64,000 nucleotides of DNA, taken from positions 4,256,001 to 4,320,000 of the forward strand of contig CBDCXR010000004.1 in assembly GCA_965223845.1 (NCBI GenBank), in the 5' to 3' direction. Below, piece after piece: positions 57,670 to 64,000 of the stretch. A program made the position numbers and the translations under genes. The notes under the pieces are model-generated. The model was given only the letters and a program-made list of their open reading frames with translations, made no database searches and had not been told where the DNA came from. Numbering within the stretch: position 1 is the stretch's first letter; each line of letters opens with the position of its first letter. This stretch comes from Planctomycetota bacterium (GTDB lineage Bacteria > Planctomycetota > UBA8108 > SXIK01).

Positions 57670-60600
57670 CTATTCGTTCTTTCTCGCGCGCTCGGCGACC
57701 ACGATCGTGCCGCCCGAGTTTTCGAAGTTCGTCCCGACTCCCGCGGCGTCGAAGTCCGACTTCGTGTAGGTTCCCGGTGAGAACTGCAAGCCGTTCACGG
57801 TGAGCCCCGCGACCGTGTAAGTCGTGCGGGGGCCGAGGTTCCATCGGCTGGTTCGATCGACGGTGATCGTCCCGCCCGTCGAGGAGACATCGAAACCGCC
57901 CTCGACGCGCAGGTTGGCTCCGTTCCGAAGCACGATGCTCCCGGTGAGCTGGTAGGCTCGCTCGCTCGTATTCTGTCCGCGAACATGAACGCGGCTTTGT
58001 CCGACTCCGCGGATTCCGTTGCCGTCGATGAGAAGAGACGCCGACCCGCCCTCTTCTCGAAGCGCACCGTCGATCTCGAGTCCGCTCCCCGAATTGTGTG
58101 CCATGACGAAAGTGCCCCCGCCGCTCAGCGTGACGTCCGAACGAATGCCGCCGCCGTGACCCGAGTGATTCACGATTGCCGCATGCTCGAAGACCCCCAC
58201 GTCCCCGCCCCGTAGGACCATCGCGCCAGCACTCGCCCCGGCTCGTGCATGGACGTTCCAAAACCCGTTTTGGTTCCCATCGATCTTGAGCGCAGCCCAG
58301 GTTACGCGATCCGAACCGATGTCGTAGTTGTTGTCCGTGAGGTTCCGGGCTCGAAGCACCGCGATGTCGCTCGGACCGGGCGTTGCATCGCCGTCCCAAT
58401 TGGCCGGGTCCGACAGACGGCTCGTCTCGGCTCCGCGATCCCAGATCACCTCTCGACTCACTACGCTTCCTTTCGGAAGAACCGAGACGGTCGTTTCATC
58501 GTAGCCCGTCATACCGTCGTCATCCGTAACCGTCAGGCGAAAGACGTAGTCGCCGGCATTCAGATCCGCGGCGGCCGCCTCACCCCCAGCGACCGAGCGA
58601 AGCGTCGCTCGCGTCGGCCCGGCGACCTGCTTCCAGTCGTACGCGGCGATCGCTCCGCCGGCGTCGGTGGCCGATCCGGTCAGCGTGACGGACGACTTCG
58701 GTAGTACGACGACCTGATCGGGGCCGGCGTCGGCAACGGGCGGAGCCGGTGGCGGTTCCGGGACCACACGAACGATGACGTCGTCGTGAGCAACGTTTTC
58801 TTCGTCGTCGGTGACGGAGAGGCGGAAGGCATAGATCCCCACGACGAGGTCCGAGGCTCTCAGATCTTCCGTGCGCTCGCCCGACAGCACCGCCGTCGTC
58901 GGACCCGACCGTTGAGTCCAGGCGTAGTCCCGAATCGTTCCGTCGAAGTCGACGGCCGATCCGTCGAGGACGACAAACGATCGCGGCCGAGCGATCTCCT
59001 TGTCGGCACCGGCGTCCACCACCGGAGGGCCGGACGCCGTGAAGACGAAGCCATCCCCGGCTCCGGCGCCGAATTCGAAGCTCGCCTGATCGGCGGAGAC
59101 GACTCTCGTCTCGCCGAACGTGAAGTTGTGGAACTTAAAGTCGGTGATCTGACCGGAGAAGTAGTTCGCTCCAGGAGCACCGAGGTTCCCAACCCCCATC
59201 CCGCCGGGCACACGCAGATTTGTGAATGTGACGTCTCTGATCACTTGCCCGCCGAAGCACTGGAATCCAAACAGGCGGAGGACCGGACCCTCCACTCGGA
59301 TGTCGCGAAACTCGATGCGGCTGATCATCCCCGGGCCCCCGGAGTTCGCGTAGTTGAAGAGGGCCCGATTGACCTGACCGACGCCGTACCAGTTGTCGAA
59401 GTGAATGACGTCGATTCGGCTCACGCGGACGTCGTTCACCGTCTTCGGAAACCAGCCGAACTGAAACACGGCGCCGTTGTTGCTCTGCCACACCACACAG
59501 TTGTCGATGGTCGAACCGCTGTTGTAGATCTTGAAGGCGTCGTCATCGGCGTGAATGAACGCGTTCGCGATGCGACTCTCGTCGCCGGTCGGATTCGGCA
59601 GTCCGTCGTTGTTGTAGGTCCACGCGCCGACCATCTTGAAATTATCGAAGGTGCCGCGCGTACGACGGTCGGCGTCGTTGATGAAAGAGAGAACCCAGTG
59701 CGGAGAGTTCGCGATCGTCACATCCTCGAGAGTGACTTCCTCGACGGCGAGCTGAACCACCTTCACGTGCGCCCACCAGTCGTCGCCCGCTGTGTACGAG
59801 AAGTCCTTCGTGAGGTGCCACGGAAGCTTCGCCCCCGAAATGATTCCGGGTCCGGTGAAGGCGAACTTCGGTCTGAGCGTCTCTCCCCCCCAGTCATCGC
59901 GGTAGACGTGATCGATCGTCGTTCGATCGTAGAAGGGTGACCGGTCCTCCGGGATGACATCGATCGCGCCGTAGAGCAGTGCTCCGCCTTCGAGGTGGAT
60001 GTGCTCGATGTTGTTCGGCACTTGCCAGTAGCCGATGTCGTAGACTCCCGGGGGAAAGACGATGACGCGCTTACCGTCGCAGGCACCGAGTGTACTTCTT
60101 CCCGCACGGAGGCCCGCTCCGCCGCTAACGGAAACGATTTCCTCGTGGCGGCCCGGCGACACCGTGTAGATCTCGTCCGCTGGCACACCAGCGATCGCAC
60201 TCGTCGACTTTCGAAGGTCCACGAACACGAGCATCGCGTCCTTGACGCACGGAATGCCGTGAGGCGGACCGGTGTAGCACGAGCTCTTGATCTCGGTATC
60301 GAATTCGACGGAGATCTTCTGCCCGGGACTCGCCGTGAACTCGACGGTCTCGTTGCCTACGCGATCCCCCGCGATCCCGTGGCGCGCCGGCCGAAGCATG
60401 ACCGAAGCGAATCCGCCCTCGAGCCGGCGGACTCGCACTCTTACCGGACCGGTCGCGGCGAACGTCGTCCAGCTGAAAGTCTTCCCGGCCTCGTCGCGAG
60501 ATCCGCTCCCGGTTTCTCGCGCGGTATCGAAGTTCACGAACGTCGGGCGCCACGCACCGTCGACGAGGACCTGCGCCTCGTATTGCGATGACGCCGTAGC

Positions 60601-60741
60601 GCCGGGAGGCGGCGGGTAGATCGTGACGACGGGTGTGTCGAGCTGTGCCGAGTGGTTCGGTGAACTCGAGCGCGCGAGGACTAGGCACGAAACTCCGATC
60701 GCGACCGCAAACGAAGCGGCGTGGAGACAACTATGAATCAT
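57670..60741 (-). CDS. Secreted GH49/GH28-like beta-helix glycosidase with two PKD domains and a passenger-like C-terminal domain
   Basis: FPPGVY, NNDG...HADDDAFKIY acidic motif; two VADAG.D...DG.I..Y.W.Q...Y.FRL.VTDD units. Confidence 0.7.
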   Translation of the reverse strand: MIHSCLHAASFAVAIGVSCLVLARSSSPNHSAQLDTPVVTIYPPPPGATASSQYEAQVLVDGAWRPTFVNFDTARETGSGSRDEAGKTFSWTTFAATGPVRVRVRRLEGGFASVMLRPARHGIAGDRVGNETVEFTASPGQKISVEFDTEIKSSCYTGPPHGIPCVKDAMLVFVDLRKSTSAIAGVPADEIYTVSPGRHEEIVSVSGGAGLRAGRSTLGACDGKRVIVFPPGVYDIGYWQVPNNIEHIHLEGGALLYGAIDVIPEDRSPFYDRTTIDHVYRDDWGGETLRPKFAFTGPGIISGAKLPWHLTKDFSYTAGDDWWAHVKVVQLAVEEVTLEDVTIANSPHWVLSFINDADRRTRGTFDNFKMVGAWTYNNDGLPNPTGDESRIANAFIHADDDAFKIYNSGSTIDNCVVWQSNNGAVFQFGWFPKTVNDVRVSRIDVIHFDNWYGVGQVNRALFNYANSGGPGMISRIEFRDIRVEGPVLRLFGFQCFGGQVIRDVTFTNLRVPGGMGVGNLGAPGANYFSGQITDFKFHNFTFGETRVVSADQASFEFGAGAGDGFVFTASGPPVVDAGADKEIARPRSFVVLDGSAVDFDGTIRDYAWTQRSGPTTAVLSGERTEDLRASDLVVGIYAFRLSVTDDEENVAHDDVIVRVVPEPPPAPPVADAGPDQVVVLPKSSVTLTGSATDAGGAIAAYDWKQVAGPTRATLRSVAGGEAAAADLNAGDYVFRLTVTDDDGMTGYDETTVSVLPKGSVVSREVIWDRGAETSRLSDPANWDGDATPGPSDIAVLRARNLTDNNYDIGSDRVTWAALKIDGNQNGFWNVHARAGASAGAMVLRGGDVGVFEHAAIVNHSGHGGGIRSDVTLSGGGTFVMAHNSGSGLEIDGALREEGGSASLLIDGNGIRGVGQSRVHVRGQNTSERAYQLTGSIVLRNGANLRVEGGFDVSSTGGTITVDRTSRWNLGPRTTYTVAGLTVNGLQFSPGTYTKSDFDAAGVGTNFENSGGTIVVAERARKNE

Positions 60742-61226
60742 GGCGTAGGAGGGTGGCCGTTGGCAACTCGAGATCGGGTTCAGTCGTTCCGGCTTTCTAA
60801 CCCAAGAACGATGCTATCCTCGTGCAGATCCCTTTGCTTCCCCGGACGGTCGGCGGTCGGGCTATGCCGATGATTCACGATGACTCCGTTGACGCACTAA
60901 CGCAACAATCTCTTGTGTTGAACATCCGCCATCCTGGATGCGATTCAAATCGTCGTCGTTGCTATTCGTCAACGCTTCCACTCTGAGTGAGGTTTCGACG
61001 CGAATTCGGAACAACCGAGCACAACGTCGGCTGTCGTCTAAACCATGGCTGCCTGAAACCTTTCCCGTTGACCGATTCGCACCGCTCTGATTACTCTAAC
61101 TACGTTCTCTGTGCGAAGAAGTCAGCCGAATCGACGAGGTTCGGTGACGCTCCCAGTGTTCGGGGCTACCGCAAACCTCTGTGATTGGGCATCGCAGTGA
61201 TGTGGCGTCGGGAGAGTGATAATCAA

Positions 61227-63098
61227 ATGTCGAGTGACCACGTGCATGGATCCCCGGCGTCGTCGGGCAAGACTGACTCACAAGAAAAACCGGGGAGCTC
61301 CTCGGCGGGATCAGATAACCAAGAGAGTCCCGATTCTGAAGTAAGACGTGAGTCCCGCGACGAACGATCGCCCCCGACCTGTGACGACGAAGAAACGGCC
61401 ACACCCGATTCGGACGCGACAGCCGCAACGATATCCGACGCGGGATCGGAACGTTCCGACGAAGACAAAACCGGAGTTTCCTCATCACCGCGGCCGCGGA
61501 AACGAAAAAGGCGCAGCCGCGGGGATGCCGCAGAGATTCGCCTTCAAGGTCGTCGCGCGATGTGTAAGAGCATCGCGGAGATTGCCCCCCACATGTTGAA
61601 GACCGTAAAACTCCGCGTATTGGGGCGGTATTTGGAGTCCACAAGAGGACTCGATGATGCGGCCCTAACGGAGGTCCTCGTAAACGATGCTCAGAAAATT
61701 GCCCGAAAAGAGAGGCTGCTTGAGGCTTTGAACAAGCTCGATCCCGATGTCGATCGGAGGAATTTGAAGTCGATCATAATCTACGGCGTACTTCTGCAAG
61801 AAGAAGCCCACAGTCTGGATGAAAGACGTCTCGATCAAAAAGTCTTGGAATTCGAGAAGAACATCGTCACTCGTGCGAGATCACTCGATTTTTTTGACGA
61901 GAAAAAACACGATTCTGTTCGCTGCCACCACTACGACACTTATCGAATCGTTCTCGAAGCTGCGTGGCGCAGCGATGACGACATTTCGGCCGACGAGGCT
62001 GCGCTTCTCGCTGTGCTTCGCAATCGACTAAACATATCGCTCGAGGAGCACTGGCTGATAGGAGCATACTTGAAACGCTTCCCAAGGTCGAATTGCGCGT
62101 TACACACACCAGACGACGTAAACGAGGCGCGCAAAGAGTTGCAGAGAGAATCCATACTCTGGAGCTATCGCGACGAAAGCCATACCTTTGACGTGATTCC
62201 TCACGAAGTAGTCACCGTAATTCGGAGCTCTGTCGCTCGGCAGGAACTTCAACGTGTAAATTTTCGCCGCATGCTTAGCCATGATTTCGTTCTGCTAGCT
62301 GACTTGCGGACCATCCTCCAGAATCGCGGCATGGATCGGTATGGGAACAAGGACGTTTTAATCGAACGCGTGGCGAGTTCGGACATTCAGCCGAGCGAAG
62401 TCCTCTCCTCTCTCGACCGATCGAAACTCTCAGACATGTGTCGCCACGTCCGATTGAAGTCATCTGGAAACAAACCAGAATTGATCTCCAGATTGATTGA
62501 CTTCTACGACGACCTCTCGTTTGAGGAAAGAGAAACCAAGGACGCTAGAGAAGAGTGGTATCACGACTACGAACTTCTCGCCTCGCGGAGATATTCTGAC
62601 TTACGCGCTAAAAAACTGATCTCCAAGGATATCGAGATCGAACACAAGTTCGAACAAGCCACAAATTTTCTCTTCCAAGAAATACTTAACGTTAGGATAG
62701 ATGTTTCACGAAAAGTCACCAAAGCAGACGGAAGAATTCTCCTTGCGGGAAAGGATGTAATTCTTTGGGACTGCAAATCGTCCGAAGGACCGGTGAATCT
62801 TCAAGACTATCTGGAAAGTCAATTCGATTTTTACGTAAGGACAGAACGAGAGAAAGGTTTTCATCCTCTTGCATTTATCGTTATAGGGCCCACATTTTCT
62901 TCAGACTCGATCAGGCTCGCCCATCGCTACAAAGCTCGCACAAATTGTGATGTAGCACTTATCACTGCTGCAGCTCTCAAAGAACTATCAGAGCGATGGG
63001 AAGCTATGAACACCGACAAACCGTTCCCCGTACGACTCTTCAACCGCACTGAAGTTATCGAGGAAGAGCAGGTTACGTTCTTGCTTAGCTTGGCATGA
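61227..63098 (+). CDS. SAP-motif and PD-(D/E)xK restriction-endonuclease-like protein
   Basis: Two SAP-like motifs (DLRTILQNRGMDRYGNKDVLIERV; KLSDMCRHVRLKSSGNKPELISRL); FE...ADG...WDCK motif; visibly AT-rich relative to flanks. Confidence 0.7.
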   Translation: MSSDHVHGSPASSGKTDSQEKPGSSSAGSDNQESPDSEVRRESRDERSPPTCDDEETATPDSDATAATISDAGSERSDEDKTGVSSSPRPRKRKRRSRGDAAEIRLQGRRAMCKSIAEIAPHMLKTVKLRVLGRYLESTRGLDDAALTEVLVNDAQKIARKERLLEALNKLDPDVDRRNLKSIIIYGVLLQEEAHSLDERRLDQKVLEFEKNIVTRARSLDFFDEKKHDSVRCHHYDTYRIVLEAAWRSDDDISADEAALLAVLRNRLNISLEEHWLIGAYLKRFPRSNCALHTPDDVNEARKELQRESILWSYRDESHTFDVIPHEVVTVIRSSVARQELQRVNFRRMLSHDFVLLADLRTILQNRGMDRYGNKDVLIERVASSDIQPSEVLSSLDRSKLSDMCRHVRLKSSGNKPELISRLIDFYDDLSFEERETKDAREEWYHDYELLASRRYSDLRAKKLISKDIEIEHKFEQATNFLFQEILNVRIDVSRKVTKADGRILLAGKDVILWDCKSSEGPVNLQDYLESQFDFYVRTEREKGFHPLAFIVIGPTFSSDSIRLAHRYKARTNCDVALITAAALKELSERWEAMNTDKPFPVRLFNRTEVIEEEQVTFLLSLA

Positions 63099-63410
63099 CG
63101 TCACGCGTTGCGGCGAGGCGGCGAGGTCCGAAGGAGCGGTACGATCTTGCGGACGCCGCGTGATTGAAGGAGATGATCGATAGCCATCGTCGATGGCTAC
63201 CAAGGTGAACCGCGCCGTTTTGGGAAGTGGGGCCGATTCGTCACCGACGAGAAGAACCGAGCGACCTGGGAAGGAAACGCCAACCGTTGCAAAAAAACCC
63301 TATCCGGGAATCGATTCTTGGCGACAGGGCCAGAGCTCGAGAGAGGCGGCAAGTAGAGTTCGACGATACAGCCTCCCTAGTCGGTGGCCGTCCCGGGTAT
63401 CATTCCCCGC

Positions 63411-63986
63411 ATGGACTCCAGCGAAGTGATCTCGGCCGTTCGCAGCGCGAAGCTCACCGTCGTCGACGACAACCCTCACTACCGGATCTTCGACTGCACC
63501 GTGAAGGAGTACCCGGCGTGGACGCTTCTCGTTCAGACGAGCGGCAAGCCGATCTCGCTCGGCCGTCCGACGCTACGTTACCTGAATACGGAGCGACTCC
63601 GTGAATTTGTGGAGGAGCAGGACATCTCGCACCTCGAGAACTCCCCGCTCGAAATCTACACGTTCCGTTGGGTCGCCGAACCGCAGGGCAAGATGATCTT
63701 CGACGTGGGGTGGGCGATCGATCCTAGCGTTGCGCGCGAAAAGGCCTCTCAAATCTCGTCGGCTGGATTCGTCCTGCGAGAAGAGAAGCCGCTCCGAGTC
63801 GCGAGCATCGCCTACGAGGGGCCGTTTCCTCACCAGCCGAAGAGCGGCTGGGGCGAGATTCAATGGGAGCGTCGCGCGAAAGAGAAAGGCCTTGTGTACT
63901 CGGGACTCTATCGCGAGCTCTACCACGCCTACGACTGGGCGGAGAACCGTCACGTCGTTGAGATTCAGATGCAGATCGACGGATGA
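63411..63986 (+). CDS. GyrI-like small-molecule-binding domain protein
   Basis: VASIAYEGP...YRELYH...VEIQM pattern. Confidence 0.6.
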   Translation: MDSSEVISAVRSAKLTVVDDNPHYRIFDCTVKEYPAWTLLVQTSGKPISLGRPTLRYLNTERLREFVEEQDISHLENSPLEIYTFRWVAEPQGKMIFDVGWAIDPSVAREKASQISSAGFVLREEKPLRVASIAYEGPFPHQPKSGWGEIQWERRAKEKGLVYSGLYRELYHAYDWAENRHVVEIQMQIDG

Positions 63987-64000
63987 AACAGAAACTCGTC

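Noticed and set aside
60742-61200. tRNA or att site next to the AT-rich gene
   Set aside because: No cloverleaf, direct repeats or integrase could be identified.

Overview
GC-rich bacterial DNA, most likely Planctomycetota (DUF1552/DUF1592 pairs, TIGR03067 domain, FGE-type proteins, Tat-exported Gfo/Idh/MocA enzymes). All family calls come from recognising motifs by eye; no searches were run. Bases 1-12975 hold a Tad/Flp (type IVc) pilus operon with unusual metal-related parts: an upstream DUF2946/CruR/CutF-like leader (HxH...CxxC...PRAPP-stop) whose last codons can base-pair with the Shine-Dalgarno (SD) of the next gene, a Cys-cluster ECF sigma factor with no adjacent anti-sigma, a MerC-like membrane protein inside the operon, and a long Flp pilin. 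This looks like a pilus system controlled by metal-sensitive ribosome stalling and is the top finding. Bases 13570-21578 encode secreted enzymes, including a protein with a circularly permuted FGE/SUMF1 domain and a PLP lyase with a Tat-like signal. A MarR-SDR-SDR unit has three clear palindromic operators. The rest is mostly secreted or periplasmic proteins (two DUF1552/DUF1592 loci, a duplicated di-heme protein, a DMFase-like protein, a sulfatase, a GH49-like enzyme), two IS relics, and an AT-rich solitary SAP/PD-(D/E)xK nuclease gene. No rRNA, tRNA or CRISPR array was seen.
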